Positions 23,601-35,600 of a stretch of DNA of 63,510 bases are shown piece after piece. The position numbers were made by a program, and so were the translations under genes. A model generated the notes under the pieces. That model was given only the letters and a program-made list of their open reading frames with translations. It did no database searches and was not told the origin of the DNA. This DNA comes from Gonapodya sp. JEL0774 (lineage: Eukaryota). The stretch spans positions 1-63,510 of the forward strand of contig JADIIX010000133.1 of the NCBI GenBank assembly GCA_027604505.1, written 5' to 3'. Position 1 is the stretch's first letter. Each line of letters starts with the position of its first letter.

Positions 23601-26600
23601 CTGGCCTGTCCTGACGTTTCCGACTGAACTCGAGTTAGTGACTTCTTTGTCTCCCTTGCCAATGCTAAATCCACGTGCTCCCGGCGACTACTGGCGAACA
23701 CCTCCGCTATTAACTTGCGGAGGCAGAAGAGCGCGAATAGATGGGTCTTCCAACGGGGCAATAAGATAACTGTTAACTTCGCCTTGACCATACGATTGGT
23801 ACCGGGCATGTCGTTTTCATCTGGGGTGTCTGTGTGTTCAACTTGCAAGAAGTTCTCATCATCATCGGCTTCAGCACCCGTTGCAGAGGAAGCTCCTCCT
23901 GGTCCGCTCGGCGAAACCCCATCGTCGTTCCCAGTGGTTGTGTCGACTACGTCATTGACGGCAGGGGACGCTCCAGATTTGGATAGTACTTTCTTGCATA
24001 AATCAATCCACCTGCTCGGATTGTCAACCGCAACATATTTCAACAACCCGATGAGAATGTCCTTGATTTCATCTCGAATTTGATCATCGATTTCCGTGTC
24101 CAAAAGCCCGAACAGCTGCTCCTCAAGACCAGAAGTGGCATTTTGCAGAACTCCTTCGGGATCTCGTTGAACAAGTTGATACAAGCAGGTGACACAAGCT
24201 TTCCTGAGAAGCTGTAGCTGAGAGTACTGATCTTGTGCCAACTGGAATTGCAAGAAAGGAATCAAGCTTGAGAGCTCTAGGCTTTTCGGTGCAAAAAGAA
24301 TCAACTGCTGAATACACCGAATCGCCTCAACCATCACAAAAGGATCTTCATCCGCGCGGAATGTCTCATAGAGCCCCAACACCATCGACCGAAGCGATGG
24401 CGTTGCTTCCAATTCAGGGCCAAGGACACCGACGAGAGCGTTCAAGATTCGGGCAAGACAAGGATACACATCAGTATTGCCCTCATAATTTCCCATCGGA
24501 GTCTTCGTGATCGGCTCGTGGGTATCAGCCACATACAATCTCGCGACCAATGACAGAGTTTGGTTCACATAAGGACTATACATTAGCCCTGAACCATCGA
24601 CCGTCAACCAAAGTGCATTAAGCGCCCAAGTATGAACTAGTGGGTGTGGGTCCGCCGCAAGTGTATGAAGAATTTGAACCACAGTTTTCAAGTGTGACGC
24701 TCCGGCCATTCCTCCCACATGAGAGAATGTGCAGCCCAACGCAAGGACGGCGCCAGCACGAGCTTCTGGTTGCGTATTGTTCACGATTTGATCAATGATG
24801 GACTGGAAGAAGGGGTTGATAAAAGTTGCGGTGGACATGGAATGAGCCAATCTGCCAAGAGTTTCGCTGGCGATGGCACGGATCGAAGCATCTTCGTGCG
24901 CTAGCGCTATCTATTACGTGTTAGTAGTTAAAGATAACCATGTCACGTGAAAGTAAGGAGAGCGATTGAACGTTCACTTACTTGAACGACATTCTGAATG
25001 TATTCGCCAACCTTAGGATTCGCGATTGACCCTTTCCTCTTTCCAACATACTTGAGTACACCAAGTAGTGCGGTGATCACGTTTATGTGCACTGAATAAC
25101 CAAGACCAGGTTGATCCTTCCCACCCTTCTTCGCGGTGGCTATCGCCTTATCTCTCTCCAAGTGCGCCCTGACAGATTTGACCAATCTATCCATTGTTTG
25201 CTCCTGCACTTTCGCGGTTTGAAGGGGAAATGTCATGGCGAACATCTCGATTGAAGAATCCACAACGTCGATGTTGGGTGGTGGTCGAGATGGGCACGCA
25301 ATTCTATGAGGGTCAGGGGCCGTGTTTGGAGACGTATGGGGGATCTCCAGCTTGAAACATAAGATCGCTGGGTCGTGCTCAGGCGCATGTATGGTCGGTC
25401 GGTCCAGCTGTGGAATCACAAAGCATGAGATGGTGCTCGCAACTTAAAGAAACACTTATTGTTAAACTTCGGTCCCTGCGTGAGTCTCACCTGGCTTTCT
25501 ATTATTTCCACGTCTGTATCAGCGCGGCTTATTCTGCTGACACCTTTTTCCGCCGCGCCCTCTACGTCATTGGCGACGTTGACTGACATCCCTCTAACAA
25601 ATCCATTCATGACTCCAGCCTCCTTCAAACCAGGAGTCTTTCCAACCACTGTCCGCAATATATCTTTGGTTCCGGGTATTAACTGCTCCGTGACTTCTGG
25701 GGCAAAGACTTCCATGCTGAAAGAAAGCAACGTAGTTTGTATTGACTCATAGGTACTTGATGGAGTTGTATGCCGATAGCAGTCGAATAGCCTTTTGCGA
25801 AGGACGTGCTCTCGGTCAACAAGGCGATATCCAGATGATGCGCCAGACGCCTTGGTTTCGTCCCCGTCCGGATATCGTTCTGGGAGTGTCCCCAAAAAGG
25901 ACACAGTGTTGTTCAAACACACTACTATTCTCTTTGCAACGTCAAGTGTCACGAGTTTATTTCCACACCACGCGAGAAACGCCAACAGCGCTGCAAGCGC
26001 AGCGCCTCGACTTTCCAGTAAGTAGCACCATTCGTCATATGTCCTAGAAACCTGCGCATCTTTGGTACCAGGTTTGGGAAACTGATTCTTCCATACTAGG
26101 AGAAGCTGGGACAGATGTACTTTTACGAACTGTGGGCCCAATCCCATAATGGAACCAACCAAAGTCCATGCTACACTTGCTTGGATACCCATAGTCCGAT
26201 AATCCTTGCCTGTGGACGCCGCCCGGAGAAGAGATGTAGACAACGCAAATACTCGAGAAGCAAGATCAAAAGACGAGTACAGAGGACGGTGTGGAATTAT
26301 GGAGTTGAGGCAAGCGACCGCCAACGAGTGGGAAGTCAGCCGATGAAAAAGATCCGCCTTGGCAACATTCACGGTAGGCTCCTTTTCCCCTTGTGCTGAG
26401 ACGGAGGCGAGGAGGGTGGAGTCTCGTTGGAGCTGGTGAGTGATGGCAGCAACGAGTTTGGAGAGGTACATGGGCTCGGCGAGACAGACACAACGAAGAG
26501 TCCAAGCGGCAGCCACCGTAACGGAATGCGAGGAATGACTCAGAAGAGAGATTAACTGATCCACAATTTCCTGAGTTGAAGTGCATGTCTATGGTCACCG

Positions 26601-28527
26601 GTCCATGTGTGAATGTTGCTCAAATAGAAGTCTTACCTGCCCACCACTCCAGCCCGATCCCAAATCATTCACCAGAGCTGCCACTTCATTAAGTGCCGCA
26701 ATAATGGCCCACTTACTTGGTGCGTCCATCGTCTGCTTTCCGGCCCACTTTTTCAATATTTCGATTAAGCTCCCCACTGCTTTCTCTTTCCCCGACTCGG
26801 TCATCATCTTTCCCATAACTTCTCGCAGCAAGTACTTGGCCATATCGCGAGCTTGGAGCCCTGCTGACCGAGGGGAACCGGAAATATTCCAAGATGTGGG
26901 TGCATTACCCGGAGCAACACTCCAATAAGTAGCCTTGGGCCCGCATGTGGTGTCGAGAACGTGCTGCGCGAGGACAGAATAATTTGTCTCTACCCACTTG
27001 ATGCCCTTAGAGCGAAAGAGTGACGCGTAAGATTGAACGAAGCCCAAACGGGCTTGCAGAGTTTTCGAGCCAGCGAAGTTGCTAGCGAGGATGGCCAACA
27101 TTCCCGGCAGCGAAATGGCGAGCCCCATGGCAGCTATGGCATCCTGTCCCGATGTGCCCAGGGCAACGGAGGGGATCTGCTGCTGAGTCATAGCGAGGAT
27201 GTCAGTGATGAGCGTGGCAGTTGCTCGACGCACTGGGTACGATGCGTTCTCGAGTGTGTGTTTATAAAGAGGATGTAAGAGATCATGATCAAGATCACGA
27301 ACAGTGGGTGGTGGTGGTAATCTCGTTTGAGTGATGATGGCATGCCAGCACTATGGATACATGTGGTCGTTATCTTCACCGCCTTCTTCCAACCTGGGGT
27401 CTCTCAACTCACCTCGGCGCTAACCCCTCGAATTCCCATCACTGCAATTTTCAGTCCCTCCCTGCAGGCCTTGAGCACTTCCCTCGCCTGCAACAAATCC
27501 ACCTTCCTTCCACTGCCAAGAACAGCTTTCGTTATTGCGACTGACGATTCAAAGCGCTGGGGAACAAGACCCGAGTCACTCGGTGGGTGACTACGAGCTG
27601 CTAAAGTCAACATTCGGAGCATTAGGGAAAGGGACTCTGGGAGGAGAGAGTAAATCGGAGAGGGGAAGTGATGATGAAGCACCCCGAGGGTGGAGACGTA
27701 CGCACTGGGAGAGTTAGAGTGAGACTTTGTCAATAGAATGCAATTGTTCCGTTTCCGGAGATTGAAGCGCATCCCGTGACTAACATCTTCGCCGTTACGT
27801 CCTTCTCATTAACTGCTTTCGTGAGCTCCTTTTGAAGCGCGACGACCACGTCAAATACATTCCTCTCTTCGCCGTATGTAAAGAGTACCCAAAAGCATCT
27901 CGCCACCAACGATCGAATGGCTCTTGTTGGGCGTGGAATGGTCGGTTGTGCAACTGACGAGTTGGATGGCGAAGGTGTGGCGAGAGCCGCGGTGGAAGGA
28001 AAGGATGAGGGAAGTGAGAGAATTCTCAATAATGTTTTTTCGATCTCTGCCTGATGTGGCTTGATAGCGGACTGGTACAATATCGTGATGTCCCGGCGTT
28101 CGGTACCCCGAATGACCCGATAAATCGAACGGCGTGAGCGCACTTCTGCGAGAAACTTTACTTAAAGCACACTCCTCACCTTCGTTGCTCCCCTGAGTGC
28201 CTTCTCGAGTCCACTCAGCCACAGAAACAGATTGCTATCCCACCTATCTTGTTGTCCTCCAGTAAACACTTTGCTCTCCTCAAACTTCACAACCGTCACA
28301 TCCAGCTGACCCAAAGAAGTTTGTTCTGCAAAATTAGCTCGCTTTACAGACGTGGTACGGGAGGCATCAGGCGAATGCGGGCCAACCAACGATGTCGGTG
28401 CAGCTGCAAAGGACGCCGAGAATGTCGCGGCGAATGTGGCAGGGACCCCCGATGAAGAGGAAGTAGAAGTGGAGGGTCCGCCATTGGTCGTCGGGAAGGC
28501 GCCGAAGTCGGCGGTGAATGTGCTCAT
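20631..28527 (-). CDS. LAA1: HEAT repeat protein HEATR5/Laa1 (AP-1 accessory factor)
   Basis: About 2,000-aa helical multi-exon ORF with GPQFVKVHLSQLLLVWKN, LGCTFSHVGGMAGASHLKT, DPDFEEHALLEQYQAQISAAL and C-terminal KIQLKMTF. Confidence 0.93.
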
Positions 28528-28674
28528 GCAATTGGCAAGCAATTCCAATTTTGGTCAGTGTCACAAGTTCCCATCCGTACTATTACAGTATATGGACAGA
28601 GAAACGCAGAGGTATAACAACAATGTAACTACTCCATTTCTGCGACAAATTGTTTCTTTACTCTTTAGCCAGCC

Positions 28675-29549
28675 TCATCTCCTGGCATGTTTGTTTGATA
28701 TAATAGTGATGGGAAGAGGGAGCGAAGGCTGTGGGGACACACCAGAGAGGGTAGAAGAGCACGGCGAAGAGGAAGAGAATAGACTGGGTAAACTTCCCAT
28801 GTTGCATAGCATTTCATCCACTTCGTGGATCAGGGATCCGAAGTCGGGTGCCGGTGCAGATGACGTTTGCGAGTCTGGGACAGCAAACACAGTTGAGAAG
28901 ACCGGTGTGCTTCTTGAGTCGGCAACCAGCAATTCGACGCTACGAGGGAAAGTTGGGATACGCTTGATGCTTCATTGTCCATGTATTTGTTGGATAATAA
29001 TTGTGTCCCGACATGGGGCCGCCGCCCGTGAAATTGGAGGCGGAAGGGTGAACTCACCTGAAACTATAATCCCGGACGAACGAGTTAATGAATCTTCCTG
29101 CTGACGCCAAGTGCCGGTGGTGGCGATTGTTTGGATTCGCGTGCCTTGACTGTGATAGTTACGTCTGAGATCTGTACCCTCATCGCTCTCTTGCATAAAT
29201 CCAAGCAACTCCAAAACATCTGCCGTGGCAGATCCACCATCCCCACATGCTTCCATATCCACAAACTCCAGCATCTTCCGTGCGCTGTCCCTCTTTGCAT
29301 CCTTCTTGGTCCTCCATTTGCCACTGTCAAACTCGACCCCCATAAAAGTGCCCTTCGCTGTCCACGTCAAGTCAGCTCCACAAGCATATTCGTAAATCGG
29401 AAGGGGATTAATGTGAAGGTGTTGGAGCTTATTGTTGAGAATGGTCGAGAAGCCTGTATTCATTGAGTCAATAAATTGATGTCACCAGAAGGTGTCATTT
29501 CGCCCAAAACTTCTTCCGTTGTACTTTCTACCTCTTTTGCCGCTGGCAT
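28675..29549 (-). CDS. Small protein with a single N-terminal double-stranded RNA-binding domain and a Ser/Pro-rich tail
   Basis: Removing a 71-nt intron (29454-29524) gives MPAAKEVESFSTILNNKLQ..PIYEY..WTAKGTFMGVEFDSGKWRTKKDAKRDSARKML, a dsRBD pattern including the KKxA helix. The 3' exon is inferred. Confidence 0.65.
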
Positions 29550-29733
29550 AACTATCACAACGGGGACTGTGCTTGTTTGAAATTTTCTTCTGGGAACGGA
29601 TAGCGATTTGGTGAATTCGTTAGATTTCGGGCCTTGGAGATATATTCCCAGTGATCTACACATGCATGACCAAGCAGTTGAATAATAGTCGTTCTCCTCG
29701 CATCACAGACCTCGCCCATAAGGTTCGATGCCG

Positions 29734-32226
29734 TCACTCGTCCTCATCGTCCACCTCCTCCACCATAACCACACCGTTCGGTGCCAGGCCCACCTCTTTC
29801 ACTGTCTTTTCCTGGTCGTCCAAAACTTTACGCGGGAAAGTTGTGGCAAGTTGCCAACGAGCCGTGGGCGGAATTGGACTGAGGTCAAGGGTAGAAACGT
29901 AAGAGTAGAGGATCTAGTTGTTGGATGATGGAGGTAAGCCCAAGCTTTTATATTCCGAATAGGGAACTCCTACCTCGACAGAGTCGGTTTCTTCGAATCT
30001 GCGCTCAACCCTTCCTCCGGAAGGCAACCTCACCACTACCTTAGCCACTCCCTTTCCATCCTTCGGCTCCACCTTCTCCTCCCACCTTTTCTTTTCTTCC
30101 TCCTTCTTCCGCCGAGCAGCCTCCTCCTTTCTTACTGCTTCTTCTTTCTCTCTTTTAACCTGTTCCATCCTCTCCCTTTCCTCTTCTTCCAACCTTCGCC
30201 TGTGTTCCGCGTCTCGCTTCTTGGCTTCCTCCTTCTCCCGAGCTTTCTCTCTATCCACCCTCTCACTTTCCCGCAATGCAGCTTCCTGCTGCTCCCTCAA
30301 TCGCCTCGCACCGTCCGCACGTGCCTTGCTGGCTCGTTGATGTGCAAGTGTGGGCTCTATGGCCCCTAGGGTGTGTGTTAGGAGTGGAGTAAGAATGGCC
30401 GCGGAGATGAGCGAACTGGGAGGGAAGCGGTGAACGACGCGCATTGTCGGAGGTGTGGGAAACGGAGCGATGAGAACCAACGTGGGATGGGCGGTGAGAT
30501 TAAGGAGGCGGGAGACTGAATCATTCGGATGGTTTGGGCACAAGAATGAGCGGTGAGATAGTTCGAGTTCACTAAAATGTCCGTTTTAAACACCAAAAAC
30601 GACGGCGTCCAGACCAGTACGAGGATCTCCAAAAAGAACGTCGAGTCCTCCGAGAAGCACTATGGCTTGACAACGTGCGCACGCAGTTATGACTCACCTT
30701 GATAACCTTCCCTCTCTGTCACATCCCCACCCCATATCAAGCACCTCTCCGCAACAACTGCTTGCACCTCAGCGTCACACAAAATATCTCGCGCAAACGC
30801 GTCAGACTCTTCGCTCTCGGGGTGGTGGATATACACGAGCAGTGGCTTGGTATTCCGGCGCGCCTGATCCAGGGCACCGTTGTATGAGAGAGAGAGGAAA
30901 GAAGGGAGGGTACGTGTGGGGATCGGGGATTGTGCGTCGGATGAAGGCGACAGGCCCGCGCCCTCTGTAGATTCAGGGTCGGTGGAGTCGCGGTCGATCC
31001 TACCGTATCGCTCGGTAAACGCGCGGATAAAGCGCTGTGCGGGGTTGGAGGAAGAATAGACCACTTGGCGCGGTGTGGGAGGATAGCGGAGGAGTGTCGT
31101 GAACGGGTTGGAAGGGAAGCGGGGGAGTTGAATGGGCCGCAGTGTAACGGGGATGAACGGAAGGTAGTAGGCTGGGGCATATGGCAGAAGGGCCAAAAGA
31201 GTCGTGTGTCGTGTTGAGCATGTGCCGGTGGGAACATTGATTAGCGGCATCACTCCATCAATGTCGGTGCTCGCGCGCAGTCATTAATCCCTGTACTGGC
31301 GCTACGCAATATATCACTGTCTAACGGTGGGTTAGTTCTGCCCATTGGCACCACTATGGTACTCCGCGAAAGGATGTGCTCATTCGCAACGACCAACATT
31401 AAAATGTCATGGCTTCCAGTCTTGAGAACTTCAACTCACCTACATAGGCAAACACATAAATCACGACATTGTATGCAAACCTAAAGGGTGATAACAGAAT
31501 GAGCCCCACCCAGAATGGCCTTCCGTTCGATGCAGTGCCGGTAGGTCCTCCCCCAGAGCCATTTCCAGAGAGTCCTAATCCCATGCCATTTGGAGGTCCA
31601 ACGACAGATGTGCGTGGGTGAGGAAAGAAGGCAGGTGGTGATCCTGGACGAGAGGGTCCAACGTTGTCAGAAGGAGTGACATATGGATGTCGGTGACGCA
31701 GAGCCGAGGCCAAGGGGTCAGAAGGCGGACGAGGTGGAGAAGGAGCGGGAGGAGGCCGCGGGGGATAGTCTGAAGATGGAAAGGGTGCTGACGGAGGAGA
31801 AACGGGCGAAGGGCTTCGGGGAGGTGGTGGTGGTTTCGGGATGACGCCGCTGCGCTCAAAGAAATCGTTGATAGCACGCTAGGACGATAACAAGCCGTTC
31901 AATTGTTGACATTCAAAATGATGGTGAGAGCAGTAGCAAGTTGTCAAATACATTTGAGTTGGTCACTGACTTGGATATCGAGGTCACGACCCCCAGCGAC
32001 CATGAAATGCCACGGAATGCACCACACCGCTCAAATGCTTGTGCGAGTCTCTCGCGTGCTATTCACAGTCACCTCCTCACACGTCGGCAAGTGAGAAACT
32101 CACCTCTGCATTCCACCTGTGCTGCTCAAGGAACGCCCGAACGTCCTCGCTGGCTGGATCACTCTCAGTCACCGAGCAGAAGTTAGCTAGAACGTCCTCG
32201 TCTGCGGATGCCGAAGTCGATCCCAT
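29734..32226 (-). CDS. UBA-like/UAS/UBX domain Cdc48 adaptor (FAF2/Ubx3/Dsc5-like)
   Basis: N-terminal LANFCSVT..FLEQHRWNAE (UBA-like), hydrophobic hairpin, UAS domain KPLLVYIHH..WGGDVTEREGYQ, coiled coil, UBX VRLPSGGRVERRF..TTFPRK. Confidence 0.9.
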
Positions 32227-32616
32227 CTTGCTTTGCTGCAACCCAGTATGTTGCGGTGGTCAATCCGCACAGACTACGACCCGTCACCACTCGACCCGCA
32301 TGATACATAAGTACTATACAAGAATTATGCTTTAATGAACCATAATGCATAGCAATTCCCCCAAGAGCCATCAATTAAACATCTTGAATGTATTGAGAGA
32401 ATCCCATAGTTGTAGCGAACAAGCATGATCGATCTAGATATCGTCCCGGGGACGGTTCAATTCAAGTTAGTGAAAGCTGTGAACGCTGTGAAGGACAGAC
32501 AGAACACCACTATCCGCACCGAGATGGATGGTGCGCACAAAAATTACCGCAAAATTTGAACACGAGATTTGCAACAACTGACACCAACAACGTCAATCGC
32601 GCAAAATCGCCCGTCG

Positions 32617-35600
32617 ATGGCGACGCCTTTGCGTGGAGCGACAAATCATGGCGCAGGCCGCGCAAAGCCGTCGCAGATCCCACGCCCGGCGTTTGGAATC
32701 AGTTCGATTCCCCGGCGACGGCCGGAAGGGAGCGCCGTCAAGGCAACGGCAAAGGTGGCGGAGAGGGTACCAGTGGCGGCATCAGTGGCAGTGACTGCAC
32801 CGGAAACCCTTGTATCTCGGACGTCGTCAGTGTCGATTCCACCCTTAGTTGCAGGACCGCACAGGTTCTCGCTCGCAATTTCCGTGCCCATGATTCGGTG
32901 GACAAGGACCGTACCAACACCCCCCGATGTCCAAGTGTGTATGGAATGGTGGGGAGACCCTACACGGACAAGAACCGATTTCACCCCCACAGTGGTGGCG
33001 GGGAGAGGCAAAGGGGGAGTGGAGACTAAGGTGAGCCGACTTCGACCCTGTTTTCTGTTTTTTTCAAGCATTTCAAAGGTACTTCAGAGTGCTCCAAAGA
33101 TGTCAGAAGGAGATCCGAGGAATTGGGAGTCGAACCCGCTGTGTATGCCATTTTCTCATTGGCACTTCTTTTTCGCCCACTCCCAGGCAACATCGCCAAC
33201 TCGCCCCCTGGCAGGTCCCGCCCTCCCACTCCCGCCTTCAACGCTCTTTCCGGTTCTCTCCGGCCGACCCCAACTCCTCTCCTACCTCCGTGATATGGCT
33301 GGAATACCGTTCTCCCTCATTTCACTCCGTGACTCGACTGCTCTAGGCTTCGCCAGACTGCCTCCAGACCTCCTAGCACATGTACACACGCAGACTGTGG
33401 ACGTGTGGATTCCGGTGTGGGCCGAGCGAATAGTAACTGATGATGTTGGTGGTGTTCTTGGTGGTAGTCTTGAAAAAGACGGCTTCGTCGCCGGCAGTGC
33501 AAGTAACCCACCACCCCGTGCCAAACCTGCTCGTGAACGGGTCGCTGAAATTCGCGTCGTCTTGAGACTTGAGGCCGTGGCTGGAGCGCCGACAGGAAGA
33601 GGTGATACTCCTGCCATGATGGCCAGCTCGATTGGGCATATCATAGGCAGTGAGGTAGTTGTGCCTGTGAGTGTTTATCGGTAGAAGTGATCTTACGGGA
33701 TGGGTATGGAACGAGGTTAAGTATTTGTAGCAGCTTGAAATTTGAGTTGCATCTGCGAGCGATTAAATCGTACAGGGATCGGAAATTGTGTGCTCAGGTG
33801 TGGCTGACAGAATCAAGAATGGTGTACAGGAGAAACTTTCATGGGCCGTGACAGGTCTTTCGTCTAAATTCGATCTCTCAATGGCTCGAGTAGAGCGCGT
33901 AATAACTCACTCTCCTTTACCCCGCTCACTCTCCTCCGCTCTCAATACAGCCCCCCAATCCCCAGCCCATCCCTGCCCCACCTCCTTCAATCTCCCTCCC
34001 GTTCGCTCCTTCGCTCTCTCAACCAATCGAGGCAACTGCTTTCACCGGGCCACCGGCTGCGCTCATCTCATCAATAGTGGACAAGGCTAGAAAAATAAAG
34101 AATGAATATGGGAGTGGGTCGATTGGTTCGGGGTCAACTGCAAGGCACGGGGGGATGGCCGGAGAGAGTGCTTCCCGAAGCAATGGCTCTGTTTCGTCGG
34201 CGTTCCGTGACGACAGTGACGGAAATGAAACGATCCAAGTTGGAATCCAGAAACGGAAATCTGCTAAACAGAGCTCGCGTGCCCGCCCTCGCTGGCGAAT
34301 TCAACCAGCACATGCAGAGTCTTCCCCGTCGCCCTCTCCTGCATCCTCCCGCTCAGGCTCCCCAAAATCACGCTCCGTCACCCCCCCTTCGCCCCAATCT
34401 GCCACGACCGACGACCTCTCCGCGGCTCTCGCTGATTCGGACGTGGTCAGTGAAGAAGACGGGGTGCTGGCGGAGATTGTTAATCGCCGGGGTTGGTCTG
34501 CTGGGGTGGAAGATAAACCGCAGGAAACAGCAGCACCAACTGTGATGGGGAGCCCAGCCCGGCAATCAACGGCACTTGTAGCGGCGCCACCGCCCCATCT
34601 CCCCGCCCCAACATCGCTCCGCATTACTCTAAGGACCGTATCACTCTTACCCCGACACCTCCCTCCTTCCTCACTCGGTCCCGCAACCCTGCTCGTTGAG
34701 CACCGCCCTTCCTGGTCCCGACTTCCCACTGCCCGGTTTGCTGCGACGTTAAACTCTTCTCGTGCACCTAGAGTAGCCTCGGGGGGAGGTGGCACCGTTG
34801 ACGTAGAATTGGAGGGTGGGACTGCGGTGTGGGACATGCCCAAAATGGGAACCACAGGTGCGAAAGGTACAGTGGAAGTGAGAGTTGTTTGTGCGGTCGG
34901 AAGACCGAGGAAAATAATTTGGGAAGGTGTCGGGGAGGTAGATATTGGGGTTGGAAAGTGGGTTGGTCGGGCGGCGATGTGGGCGGCAGCGGTGGGGGTG
35001 GGTGCGAGAGGACTGGTGAATCCCGTTGGACGCAGGGGAAAGCATGTGGCGGATGTATTGGTGGAGATTGAGGGAGTGAGCGAGCCTGCTAGGGCGACAG
35101 TCAGCTCCGGCAAAGCCCTGCAACAGGAAATTCGTGATCGAGACCACTGTGATGCTGCGCCGCCTCTTGGTTCTCCCCGATCCTTGCTGCTTGTTCCGCC
35201 CACGCCACCTGCCGTAGCGCCGCCAACTTCTATCGTCACTGCGCGATACCTGCTCCTCTCTATCTCGCGTGCCCGTTCCTTGTCTCTTCCCCCACCACCT
35301 TTTCCCGCTATGCTTCGTCTCCGCGTTCGCCTCTTCCCACACCTACCACCCCTCGAAACACCCCCAATTCCATATACCCGCGACTCGGACTTTGCATGGC
35401 GGTATCTCGCACCTGTGCAGAGTGAGGGCGCTGTCGCCGAGTTGTGGGTGGACGAACAAGAAGAGCTTCATGGTGATGCTGCATCGAGCACGATGACAGG
35501 CCAACGGCTGTTGGGGCTCATCAGGCCGCCGGTGAAAGCTGTGGCCGAGGCAGCGAAGGCTGAGGGTGCTGATGGGGTGGTGGCGGTACCAGGAGGGACT

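Noticed and set aside
28352..29104. 250-aa plus-strand ORF
   Set aside because: Antisense to the HEATR5 first exon and the dsRBD gene's last exon; non-ATG start and no motifs.
29460..29463. ATGA stop-start overlap suggesting termination-reinitiation
   Set aside because: A normal 71-nt GT-AG intron (29454-29524) removes it and joins the frames.
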